This document shows, one piece after another, positions 20,533 to 29,501 of a DNA stretch of 64,000 bases (position 1 is the stretch's first letter; every line of letters begins with the position of its first letter). Both the position numbers and the translations under genes were made by a program. The notes below the pieces were generated by a model. The model was not told the origin of the DNA. It ran no database searches and saw only the letters and a list, made by a program, of their open reading frames with translations. The stretch lies in the NCBI GenBank assembly GCA_005222965.1, contig NJBG01000001.1, forward strand, positions 613,533 through 677,532, written 5' to 3'. Source of the DNA: Candidatus Woesearchaeota archaeon B3_Woes (GTDB lineage Archaea > Nanobdellota > Nanobdellia > Woesearchaeales > B3-WOES).

Positions 20533-21078
20533 TTAATTGCAGATTTCACATCCTTCTTTAAAACACATACACTCTGGTTCATAATATTCTCTAGGATGTT
20601 TGCATGCAGGACACTTTTCTGGCGGTTCTGTTCCTTCATGAATATAACCACACTTACTGCATTTCCATCTTATTGGTTTCTCTCTTTTAAACAAAGTTCC
20701 TTTCTCAACCATCTCTAATAATTTTTTATATCTCTCTTCATGCTCTTTTTCTACCTTTGCAATCTCTCCAAACAAATGCGCAGCTTCTTTATTCCCTTCT
20801 TCTTCAGCATCTTTCTTCATATTAGGATACATTTCAGTATTCTCATAATGTTCTCCTTCAATTGCTGCTTTAAGGTTTTCAGCAGTATCTCCAATACCTT
20901 TTAGAAGTTTAAACTCTTCTTTTGCGTGTTGTTTTTCATTATCTGCTGTCTCCTCAAATATCTTCGCAATATAATAATACCCTTGTTTCCTTGCAACCTT
21001 TGCAAAATATGTGTATTTGTTTCTTGCTTGACTCTCACCAGCAAAAGATGCTTTTAGATTTTCTTCTGTTTTAGACAT
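20533..21078 (-). CDS. rbr: Rubrerythrin
   Basis: FAGESQARNKY, EKQH, EKEHEERY diiron motifs; WKCSKCGY...CPAC rubredoxin domain. Confidence 0.95.
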   Translation of the reverse strand: MSKTEENLKASFAGESQARNKYTYFAKVARKQGYYYIAKIFEETADNEKQHAKEEFKLLKGIGDTAENLKAAIEGEHYENTEMYPNMKKDAEEEGNKEAAHLFGEIAKVEKEHEERYKKLLEMVEKGTLFKREKPIRWKCSKCGYIHEGTEPPEKCPACKHPREYYEPECMCFKEGCEICN

Positions 21079-21134
21079 ATATATTACCCCTCCTTAGTTT
21101 TTATTTATATAATTTAATTATATAAAAATTGTTG

Positions 21135-21281
21135 TTATCCTTTACAATAAACACAAGGATCACAACCAGCCCCACATCCTACAGTGCTTTTTGTTGAATA
21201 GGACACTTTATTTGATTTGTAATTAAGAGTACTGTACTCTCTGCTTCCTTCATAATGCTGATTTGAATAATAGATAGCCAT
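21135..21281 (-). CDS. 48-aa peptide with C-terminal CxxxCxxCxxC, absent from the ORF track
   Basis: MAIYYSNQHYEGSREYSTLNYKSNKVSYSTKSTVGCGAGCDPCVYCKG; starts 3 nt after the upstream stop codon. Confidence 0.65.
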   Translation of the reverse strand: MAIYYSNQHYEGSREYSTLNYKSNKVSYSTKSTVGCGAGCDPCVYCKG

Positions 21282-21284
21282 TTT

Positions 21285-21491
21285 CTAAAGTTTGTTTAAC
21301 TCTTTCAATAATTTTTCTGAATCTATTCCATAATTTTTACAAATATCTCCTATTTTCAAAAACCCCATCTCCATATGGACCATAGCACACCCCAAACAAG
21401 GAACATTATGTTTAGATAATACTTCATGAGAACCTTCTATCTTCATTACATCACCTAATAAACTATTCTTAGTTATTTTTGTTTTAGACAT
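21285..21491 (-). CDS. DUF1858-like small protein
   Basis: ITKNSLLGDV...PCLGC...YGIDSEKLLKELN. Confidence 0.8.
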   Translation of the reverse strand: MSKTKITKNSLLGDVMKIEGSHEVLSKHNVPCLGCAMVHMEMGFLKIGDICKNYGIDSEKLLKELNKL

Positions 21492-21856
21492 TTTTCCCTC
21501 TTCTTATAATTTTCAATTGCATTTTTCAAAGCTTTTGTCCCTAATATGGAGCAGTGAAATTTTATAGGAGGCACATCTCCTAATTTTTTAACAATATCTT
21601 CTGGTTTTATCTTTAAAGCATCTTCTACTTTCTTCCCTTTTGCAATCTCGCACATAGCATCTGAAGAAGCTATTGCAGCAACACAACCATAAGTCTGGAA
21701 TTTTATATCTTTTATGGTCCCTTTATCTATTTTGAGGAAGATCTTCATAATATCTCCGCATTTTACATTTCCTTCTTGTCCAACTGCATCAGGCTTTTTA
21801 ATCTCTCCTGAAAATTTTGGATTTCTAAATCTATCTAGTGTTTTTTTATCATACAT
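21473..21856 (-). CDS. iscU: Fe-S scaffold IscU/NifU
   Basis: FRNPK, GNVKCGD, FQTYGCVAAIAS, KFHCS. Confidence 0.93.
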   Translation of the reverse strand: MYDKKTLDRFRNPKFSGEIKKPDAVGQEGNVKCGDIMKIFLKIDKGTIKDIKFQTYGCVAAIASSDAMCEIAKGKKVEDALKIKPEDIVKKLGDVPPIKFHCSILGTKALKNAIENYKKREKCLKQK

Positions 21857-22494
21857 TATAATTCACCTTTCCACTCCTTTTTAAAATGCTTAATAAAATC
21901 TTTTAAATAATCTAATCTTTCTTTACCAAACTCTCTTGCTTTTTCAGTTTTAAAAAATGAAAGTTCCATCAAAGACAACGCATACAACCAATTCAAAACT
22001 GTTTTTGGCTCTTTACTTTTATCCCTAAATCTAAATTCTTTTGGCTCTTCCTCATTTTCATCATATAACCTTCTATTGTAAAGATGTGCTGTAGCTCTTA
22101 AAATACCAATTGCTCCAAGCAGGTCTAACAAATCAGCATCATGTAAAATTTCTGCTTCTCTTGTTTTTGGTTCTAGAAATTTACCCTTTCTATGAACCAT
22201 AACACAATGTATAACATCTTCTATTTTTTCTTCTGGAAATTTATGCTTCCTTAATATCTCAGGAGCCATTCTTGCTCCTTCCTCAGCATGGCACTCAACT
22301 TCATTTTTCCATTGCTTTAATCTTGCAACATCATGCAGTAATACTGCTGCTTTTAATATATCTAAATCAACTTTTTCATCTTTAGCTAATTCCATAGCTA
22401 AATTATAAACTCTTTCAATATGATCAAAACTGTGTCCTCCCCCACTATCAAAATATTTCTGAATATCTTTTATCAATTCCTTAAAATCAAACAT
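21856..22494 (-). CDS. HD-domain phosphohydrolase
   Basis: HSFDHIERV, LLHDV, HDADLLD. Confidence 0.9.
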   Translation of the reverse strand: MFDFKELIKDIQKYFDSGGGHSFDHIERVYNLAMELAKDEKVDLDILKAAVLLHDVARLKQWKNEVECHAEEGARMAPEILRKHKFPEEKIEDVIHCVMVHRKGKFLEPKTREAEILHDADLLDLLGAIGILRATAHLYNRRLYDENEEEPKEFRFRDKSKEPKTVLNWLYALSLMELSFFKTEKAREFGKERLDYLKDFIKHFKKEWKGEL

Positions 22495-22495
22495 A

Positions 22496-23662
22496 TTATC
22501 CTTCCTTCCTTATATTCCCTATTGGAGACATTTTTCTTAACTTTTCTATTATTCCTGGTAAAATCTCCAAAACATAATCTATCTCTTTTTCTGTAGTAAA
22601 CCTACTTAAGGTTAATCTTAATGAACCATTTGCTTCTTGGTGACTTAATCCAATTGATCTTAAAACATAACTTGGTTCTAAAGTGGCTTCTGAACAAGCA
22701 GAACCAGTTGAAGAACAAACACCCTCATCATCTAAATATCCTCCAATTGCCTCTCCTTCAACACCATCAAAAGATATATTTACATTATTACACAATCTTT
22801 TATCTCCTGTTGCTCCATTAAGTCTAGAATGTGATATTTTTAACATGCCTTTAATTAGTTTATCTCTTAGTTTAGTCATATAATCTACATGTTTTTTATT
22901 TAAACCAAGGTTTACAGCTTCTGCAAAACCAACAACACCAGGAATATCCTCAGTACCAGATCTCATATTAAATTCCTGGCCACCACCACCTTGCCAGGGC
23001 ATTATCTTGGTTCCTTTTCGAATATACAACACACCAACCCCTTTTGGTCCATGTATTTTATGAGCATTTAGTGTCATTAAATCAACAGGTTGTTTTTCCA
23101 TATCTAATTCTGTTTTTGTATAACTCTGACACGCATCTGTATGAAAATAAACATTATATCTCCTACAAACATCTCCTAACTTCTTTAAATCCTGAATAGT
23201 TCCAATCTCATTATTACCATGAATTATAGAAACTAAAATTGTTTTTTCTGTTATTGCTTTTTCCAATTCTTTTGGATATACAAAACCTTCTTTATCTACA
23301 CTCAAATAAGTAACTTCAAAACCCTGTTTTTCAAGCCATTTACAGCTGTTTATAACACATTTATGCTCTACTTTTGTTATAATTATATGATTTCCTTTAT
23401 CTTTATTAGCAAAAGAGATACCTTTCAAAGCAAAATTGTTAGATTCAGTCCCGCCAGATGTAAATATTATCTCTTCTGGCTTTGCATTTATTGATTTTGC
23501 AATTATTTTTCGTGATTCCTCTAGAGCGTTTTTTGATTCTCCACCCAATGAATGAGTAGACGAAGGATTTCCATACTTTTCATCAAAATAAGGCCGAATA
23601 GCTTCAATCACTTTAGAATCCATCATTGTTGTTGCGCCATTATCTAAGTATACTTTTTTCAT
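22496..23662 (-). CDS. iscS: Cysteine desulfurase IscS/NifS
   Basis: YLDNGATT, YGNPSS, FTSGGTESNN, AHKIHGPKG, SSTGSAC; ATGA overlap with arsR. Confidence 0.95.
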   Translation of the reverse strand: MKKVYLDNGATTMMDSKVIEAIRPYFDEKYGNPSSTHSLGGESKNALEESRKIIAKSINAKPEEIIFTSGGTESNNFALKGISFANKDKGNHIIITKVEHKCVINSCKWLEKQGFEVTYLSVDKEGFVYPKELEKAITEKTILVSIIHGNNEIGTIQDLKKLGDVCRRYNVYFHTDACQSYTKTELDMEKQPVDLMTLNAHKIHGPKGVGVLYIRKGTKIMPWQGGGGQEFNMRSGTEDIPGVVGFAEAVNLGLNKKHVDYMTKLRDKLIKGMLKISHSRLNGATGDKRLCNNVNISFDGVEGEAIGGYLDDEGVCSSTGSACSEATLEPSYVLRSIGLSHQEANGSLRLTLSRFTTEKEIDYVLEILPGIIEKLRKMSPIGNIRKEG

Positions 23663-23961
23663 TTTTCCATCCTGCATTCATCACAACAAAATTTTGTTAC
23701 GTGTTTTTCAACAAGTTTCATCAAAGGAACCATTGTGTCTTTGTTTAATGAATAAATCCTCTTTTTTCCTTGTTGTTCTACATCTAAAAAATGGCAATCT
23801 ATAAGGCATTTCAAATTATGACTTATTTTACTCTGCTCCTCTTTTAATGAATTACATATCTCTGTCACAGACATTGGTTTTTCTTGTAATACTTCAATAA
23901 TATTTAATCTTGTTTTAGATCCAATTGTCTCAAAGAATGTATCATATGAATGACATTTCAT
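23659..23961 (-). CDS. ArsR family regulator heading the isc/redox operon
   Basis: TRLNII...QSKISHNLKCL...GKKRIYSLN; Cys-rich tail FCCDEC. Confidence 0.88.
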   Translation of the reverse strand: MKCHSYDTFFETIGSKTRLNIIEVLQEKPMSVTEICNSLKEEQSKISHNLKCLIDCHFLDVEQQGKKRIYSLNKDTMVPLMKLVEKHVTKFCCDECRMEK

Positions 23962-23991
23962 ATGAACGATAATTCATATGTCATTTATAAA
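23943..23991 (-). promoter_or_regulatory. Leaderless promoter with tandem inverted-repeat operators
   Basis: CATATGAA-N6-TTCATATG at 23943-23964 and 23959-23980; TTTATAAA at 23984-23991, about 25 nt before the ATG. Confidence 0.65.
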
Positions 23992-24055
23992 TCTTTCGCT
24001 TTTTATATGCTATAACACCATAAACTTAATATATCAATCTTATTTTTATCAAATC

Positions 24056-25261
24056 ATGCAACCATATATTCAAAAATATTGTCCTGTAAAATGTTCTGAA
24101 ATAGTTGGCCAAGACAAAGTTGTAAAAGAGCTAATAAACTTCATTTCCAATTTTAAAAATCAAAAAAAGAAAGCAGCATTTATCTATGGTTCAAGCGGTG
24201 TTGGAAAAACCTGTTCTGTTTATTGCGTTGCTAATGAACTAGACTTAGAGGTTTTAGAAATTAATGCATCTGAATTTAGAAATAAAGACCAAGTACACTC
24301 TATAGTTGGGGGGGCTATTTCACAACAAAGCCTTTTTTCAAAAGGAAAAATAATTCTAGTAGATGAAGTAGATGGATTATCTGGAAGAAAAGACAGAGGA
24401 GGATTACAAGAATTAAAAAGATTAATCCAAAAAACATCTTATCCTATGGTTTTAACTGCTACAAACCCATGGGATAATAAATTTAGTTCTCTAAGAAGCA
24501 AAACACAATTAATAAAATTTGAAGAACTAACCCATGAAGATATATTCCCTGTTCTAAATAATATTTGTACTAAAGAAAAAATTAAAGCAGACAAAACCTC
24601 TTTGAAAAGCCTTGCAAGAATGACAGGAGGAGATCTAAGAGCAGCAATAAATGATTTACAACAACTAACATCTAATTCAAATAAACTAACAAAAGAAGAA
24701 TTAGAAACACTAAGCCAGAGAGAACATCAGGAAACAATAATTAATGCTCTAACCAGGATATTCAAAACAACAGACCCTAAAGTATCAATTAATGCTTTTG
24801 ATATGGTAAATGAAGACCTAGACCAAAGATTACTATGGCTTGATAAAAATCTACCAGAAGAATACACAAATCCTGAAGACCTAGCAAGAGCTTATGATAA
24901 ATTAAGCAAAGCAGACATCTTTAAAAGAAGAATAAGAAGATGGCAGCACTGGAGATTTCTAGTATATATCAATTCTCTAATAACAGCAGGTATTTCTGTT
25001 AGCAAAGATAAAAAATATGAGAATTATGTTGAATACAAGCAATCAGGAAGACTACTAAAAATATACTGGGCAAATATAAGAAACATGAAAAGAAAAGCAA
25101 TTGCATTAAAAATTGCAGAAAAAACCCACACCTCACAAAAACAAATCTTAAAAAATATGGATTATTATAAAATTATTTTTAAGAAAAACAAAGAAATGGC
25201 TTCACAAATTTCCAATGAGCTGGATCTAGATAAAGAAGAGATTATCTATCTTAAAAAGTGA
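24056..25261 (+). CDS. rfcL: Replication factor C large subunit
   Basis: GSSGVGKT, LEINASEFR, ILVDEVDG, GDLRAAINDLQ, LSKADIF...WRFL. Confidence 0.92.
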   Translation: MQPYIQKYCPVKCSEIVGQDKVVKELINFISNFKNQKKKAAFIYGSSGVGKTCSVYCVANELDLEVLEINASEFRNKDQVHSIVGGAISQQSLFSKGKIILVDEVDGLSGRKDRGGLQELKRLIQKTSYPMVLTATNPWDNKFSSLRSKTQLIKFEELTHEDIFPVLNNICTKEKIKADKTSLKSLARMTGGDLRAAINDLQQLTSNSNKLTKEELETLSQREHQETIINALTRIFKTTDPKVSINAFDMVNEDLDQRLLWLDKNLPEEYTNPEDLARAYDKLSKADIFKRRIRRWQHWRFLVYINSLITAGISVSKDKKYENYVEYKQSGRLLKIYWANIRNMKRKAIALKIAEKTHTSQKQILKNMDYYKIIFKKNKEMASQISNELDLDKEEIIYLKK

Positions 25262-25294
25262 AGTTTTAAATATAATAATCTTTACATATTTACT

Positions 25295-26725
25295 ATGCCA
25301 GCTAAAATAACAATAGAAGACATGACTGTATTTTGTAAGAAAAAAGGATTTGTTTATTCTAGTGCTGAAATTTATGGGGGATTGGCAGGATTCTGGGATT
25401 TTGGACCATTGGGCGTAGAGCTAAAAAATAATATTAAAGCAGAATGGTGGAAATTCTTTGTTCAAAATAGAGAAGATGTTGTTGGTGTTGATGGCAGTAT
25501 TATAACTAATCCTAAAGTTTGGGAAGCCTCCGGTCATGTAGACAGTTTTACAGATGTCTATGTTGTTTGTGAAAAGTGCAAAAAACCAAACAAAATTGAC
25601 AAAGCAGAATTCGGTAAAGTTAAATGCGATTGTGGAGGAAAATACACAAACCAAGGAGACTTTAATTTAATGTTCAAAACCCAGGTAGGGCCGGGAAAAG
25701 GAGTTACTTCATATTTAAGACCAGAAACAGCTCAACTAATATTTACTAATTTTAAACTAGTTGCTGAAAACGCAAGAATGAAACTTCCATTTGGTATTGC
25801 ACAAATTGGAAAAGCATTTAGAAATGAAATTTCTCCAAGAGAATTCTTATTCAGAAGCAGAGAATTCGAACAAATGGAACTGCAATACTTTATTGATCCT
25901 GATAAGGTTGATGATTGTCCATTCTATAACAAAATAAAAAATCAAAAAATAAATATTTTAACTTCCAAAGAAAAAGTAATGAGTATTGAAGAAATGCTCA
26001 AAAATAAGATATTCAAGAACAAATGGCATGCCTATTGGTTATCTAATTCATATCAGTGGTTCTTAAGTTTAGGTATTGACAAAAATAACTTAAGATTAAG
26101 AGAACACAGAAAAGATGAACTATCACATTATGCAAACGCAGCTGTTGATATTGAATATAAGTTTTCAACAGGATGGAAAGAAATATTTGGAAGCCACGAT
26201 AGAAGCCAATTTGATTTAACACAACACGAAAAAACCTCTAAAAAAGAATTAAAAACATATGATGAAACAACAAACAAAAAAATATTACCCTTGGTAATTG
26301 AATCATCTTTTGGTGTTGAAAGAGCAATGTTAGCATTCTTATTTGATGCTTATAATGATGATAAGAAAAGAGGAAATATTGTGTTAAACCTGCACAATAA
26401 ACTAGCTCCTGTTAAAATAGGTGTGTTTTCTTTAGTAAACAAACTAAACAAAGAAACAAAACAAGTTTATGATATCTTAAAAGAAAAAGCAGCATGTCAA
26501 TACGACACAGCTGGTTCAGTAGGAAGAAGATATGCAAGAGCAGACGAAATAGGAATTCCTTTCTGTATTACTTTTGATTTTGATAGCCTAAAAGACAAAT
26601 CAGTAACAATAAGAAACAGAAACGATACAAAACAAGTAAGAGTAAAGATAGCTGAACTTAAAGACACACTAAAATCTTTACTTGATTCTGAAATAAAATT
26701 CGAAAAAACAGGTAAGAAAATATAA
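25295..26725 (+). CDS. glyS: Glycyl-tRNA synthetase (alpha2 type)
   Basis: EIYGG, FNLMFKT, YLRPETAQ, GKAFRNEISP, REFEQMEL, GRRYARADEIG. Confidence 0.95.
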   Translation: MPAKITIEDMTVFCKKKGFVYSSAEIYGGLAGFWDFGPLGVELKNNIKAEWWKFFVQNREDVVGVDGSIITNPKVWEASGHVDSFTDVYVVCEKCKKPNKIDKAEFGKVKCDCGGKYTNQGDFNLMFKTQVGPGKGVTSYLRPETAQLIFTNFKLVAENARMKLPFGIAQIGKAFRNEISPREFLFRSREFEQMELQYFIDPDKVDDCPFYNKIKNQKINILTSKEKVMSIEEMLKNKIFKNKWHAYWLSNSYQWFLSLGIDKNNLRLREHRKDELSHYANAAVDIEYKFSTGWKEIFGSHDRSQFDLTQHEKTSKKELKTYDETTNKKILPLVIESSFGVERAMLAFLFDAYNDDKKRGNIVLNLHNKLAPVKIGVFSLVNKLNKETKQVYDILKEKAACQYDTAGSVGRRYARADEIGIPFCITFDFDSLKDKSVTIRNRNDTKQVRVKIAELKDTLKSLLDSEIKFEKTGKKI

Positions 26726-26769
26726 ACTTTTATAAATACTAATCTAATCTCAAAATAAAAGGTGGTTAT

Positions 26770-27153
26770 ATGGCAATAAAAGACTTAAAAATAAGAGAAG
26801 GAAACGTAGATTTAGTAGTAGAAGTTGTTGATAAAGGCGAAGTAAGGGAATTCCAAAAGTTTGGAAAACCCGGTCGTGTTTGTAATGCTAAAGTAAAGGA
26901 TGATTCTGGAGAAGTCACACTAACTTTATGGAATGATGAAATTGATAAAGTTAATGTTGGAGACAAACTACATATAAAAAATGGTTATGTGGGAGAATGG
27001 CAGGGAGAACCTCAACTAAGCGCAGGAAGGTTTGGTGAATTAGAAGTATTAGAAAGTAATGCTGCTGCACCAACAGAAAAACCTAAAGAAGAAAAACCAG
27101 AAGAACCAGCAGAAGAAGAGCCTTTAAACATTGAAGAAGAAAAAATAGAATAA
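26770..27153 (+). CDS. Single-OB-fold ssDNA-binding protein with acidic tail
   Basis: GRVCNAKVKDDSGEVTLTLWND, IKNGYV; Glu/Pro-rich C-terminus. Confidence 0.88.
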   Translation: MAIKDLKIREGNVDLVVEVVDKGEVREFQKFGKPGRVCNAKVKDDSGEVTLTLWNDEIDKVNVGDKLHIKNGYVGEWQGEPQLSAGRFGELEVLESNAAAPTEKPKEEKPEEPAEEEPLNIEEEKIE

Positions 27154-27209
27154 TTTTTTCTATAACGATAAATTTATAAATAATTCTAAGCTTTAGTCTA
27201 TACTATATC

Positions 27210-27283
27210 GGGAACGTAGCTCAGCCTGGGAGAGCACTACGCTGAAGACGTAGGTGTCGAGGATTCAAATTCCTCCGTTCCCA
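27210..27283 (+). tRNA. tRNA-Phe(GAA)
   Basis: GGGAACG/CGTTCCC acceptor; CTACG-CT-GAA-GA-CGTAG; GAGGA-TTCAAAT-TCCTC. Confidence 0.95.
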
Positions 27284-27286
27284 CTC

Positions 27287-29479
27287 TTAACCTATTGTTG
27301 TTAAAAGAACTCTTCCTGCAATTGTATTGAAAAGCAGGATTACAACTAAAGATATAATAATATAAAGAGTTACAGATTTTGTCAAATTTATACCCATTGT
27401 ATATCTCTCATTTAATTTATCAGAACCGTTTTCAATACCATTAATTACAATAGTCAAAATATAAACTACTTGAACAACATATATTCCTACAACAATCTGA
27501 AAATAATAAGCAGGAACACCATCTCCAAACATAGTAGCAACATTTGAAGCACCAGCTATAGCAGATTCTCCCCCTTCTCCTGTTGGAAACATACTACCTA
27601 ATTTACCAAGAATAGTTGTTATCATAGATGTAATTCCAATTACAATACCAGAAACAACCGGTGTCAACATTCTAATTTGTGACCTCATAGAACCAACAAT
27701 ATCAGCCATTAAATCCTTTAATCTTTCATCTACCCTATGGATCTCTTTAATATATCTGGCAACATTGATTAGCGCCTGAGCAGCTACTTTTGGACCTTTC
27801 TTAACACTAACTGTTAAAACTTTCATAGAACTTTCTATGATATTAGAAGGAAAACTCAAAATTGCCCCTGTTTTTTTATTAAATATAGCTTCATGAACAG
27901 ACATCCCCATCTTTTTTATATTAGCACTAACAAGCCCAAAAAAATTTCCTGAAGCAGTACCTTTCATTGTATCAGAAACCCTTTCAAAAGCCAATTCAGA
28001 TGGAATTCCATCCCCTAATCTATTCCCTAGTTGAAATAGAGCAGCAGCAAACTCTTTTTCAAGATTTTTTGCATTGTTTCTTATCTCCATAACATTTTTT
28101 GATCTTAATTTAAAATACAAACCCGCCCCTACTCCTAATCCTAATGGAATCATAAGACCAAGAATAGTGGCGCCAATACCATAAGGCCCAATAATCTTAC
28201 CATAATTCGGACCTTCAGTTGCTTTACTCATCTTATACTCTAATAAACAAAAAGTACTACCACAAACACTGGTTTCACTATCTTCACCAAAACCCATATC
28301 ATAATCAGGAGCTACCATATGAATCCAAATAGGAGAAAAACCAATAAAAAAGAAAATACATATAAAAACCAAACTAATAATCATAGGAGTAGATTTTAAT
28401 TTTAAGGGGCCAAGCTCCACAACACCACTCTTTTTTTTAAGTTCAGGATTATCTTCATCCGAACTAGAATCACCATAACCTGTTGGTCTTGTTGATAAAA
28501 TATTTTTAGCCATATAAAAAATACCTAAAGGCAATAAAACATTATACAAAACAGAAAGATGATACCACTTTACCCCTTCCATAAAACTAACAACCAAAGG
28601 CAAAATAACTAATCCTAAAATTGGCATAACTACACCGAGCATATGAAGGGTTGTTATAGGAGATTGTAAATCATGGGCAAAATGAAGCATCTTTTCATAA
28701 GTTTCCTCCAACATAACATCTAGTGATTTATCTAATAACTCAACACGTCTTTGTTCTGATGATTCATACAAAGAAGATTCAACAAGATGAAAAGCTTCAA
28801 TAAATTCCAGATTCCATTCTCTCCATGTTTCAAGATAACTATCCAATGCATCTTTTATAGAGCTATACTCTTTTGTTTCAATATCCCAAAGAACCTTTTT
28901 CATATCCAAACTTAAAGGTGGAGCTAAATGATCTGATGCAAAACCAATAGCATTCTCCAAATTAGAGGTGTGCCTCATATAAGTAACAATATAGAAAATA
29001 CATATAACCATTTGATTAGAAGATTTCATTCTCCAATTATTCGCAATTAGTTCAGGAAGCGAGGACAATATCTTAATCAAAACCAAACCAACAAACAATG
29101 CAACAGTTATAAAAAAAACACCGCTTCCTAACATCAAACTAAAAAGAATAGAAACAAAAATAAAAATAATAGGACCAATAACAGAAAACGTAACAGCACC
29201 AGTTGGAGTTATATCCAAATGGGATATATTAATTAATCTTTGCAGCTTTTCTGCCATCTCTGGCTTAGGTTTTATCTCAACCACACTTTCACTAAAATTA
29301 CATGCTTTTTCATAAAGAGTTACCTTTTTTGACATAAGCTCCTTTTTAAATTCCTGATACTCTCTTGACAAAATAGGTTTTTTGATTTTCTTAACAGGAC
29401 GATCAGTCAATTCTTTATTCAATTCACCTTTATATTTACTAAAAAGCCCTTTTAATACATCTTTTGATATGTCAGCCAT
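27287..29479 (-). CDS. Type IV pilus/T2SS membrane platform protein (TadC/ArlJ-like, two repeats)
   Basis: Multi-TM; LEKEFAAALFQLGNRLGDGIPSE-type cytoplasmic repeats; directly downstream of the secretion ATPase. Confidence 0.75.
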   Translation of the reverse strand: MADISKDVLKGLFSKYKGELNKELTDRPVKKIKKPILSREYQEFKKELMSKKVTLYEKACNFSESVVEIKPKPEMAEKLQRLINISHLDITPTGAVTFSVIGPIIFIFVSILFSLMLGSGVFFITVALFVGLVLIKILSSLPELIANNWRMKSSNQMVICIFYIVTYMRHTSNLENAIGFASDHLAPPLSLDMKKVLWDIETKEYSSIKDALDSYLETWREWNLEFIEAFHLVESSLYESSEQRRVELLDKSLDVMLEETYEKMLHFAHDLQSPITTLHMLGVVMPILGLVILPLVVSFMEGVKWYHLSVLYNVLLPLGIFYMAKNILSTRPTGYGDSSSDEDNPELKKKSGVVELGPLKLKSTPMIISLVFICIFFFIGFSPIWIHMVAPDYDMGFGEDSETSVCGSTFCLLEYKMSKATEGPNYGKIIGPYGIGATILGLMIPLGLGVGAGLYFKLRSKNVMEIRNNAKNLEKEFAAALFQLGNRLGDGIPSELAFERVSDTMKGTASGNFFGLVSANIKKMGMSVHEAIFNKKTGAILSFPSNIIESSMKVLTVSVKKGPKVAAQALINVARYIKEIHRVDERLKDLMADIVGSMRSQIRMLTPVVSGIVIGITSMITTILGKLGSMFPTGEGGESAIAGASNVATMFGDGVPAYYFQIVVGIYVVQVVYILTIVINGIENGSDKLNERYTMGINLTKSVTLYIIISLVVILLFNTIAGRVLLTTIG

Positions 29480-29501
29480 AATTAAAATTACCTCTAATGA
29501 T

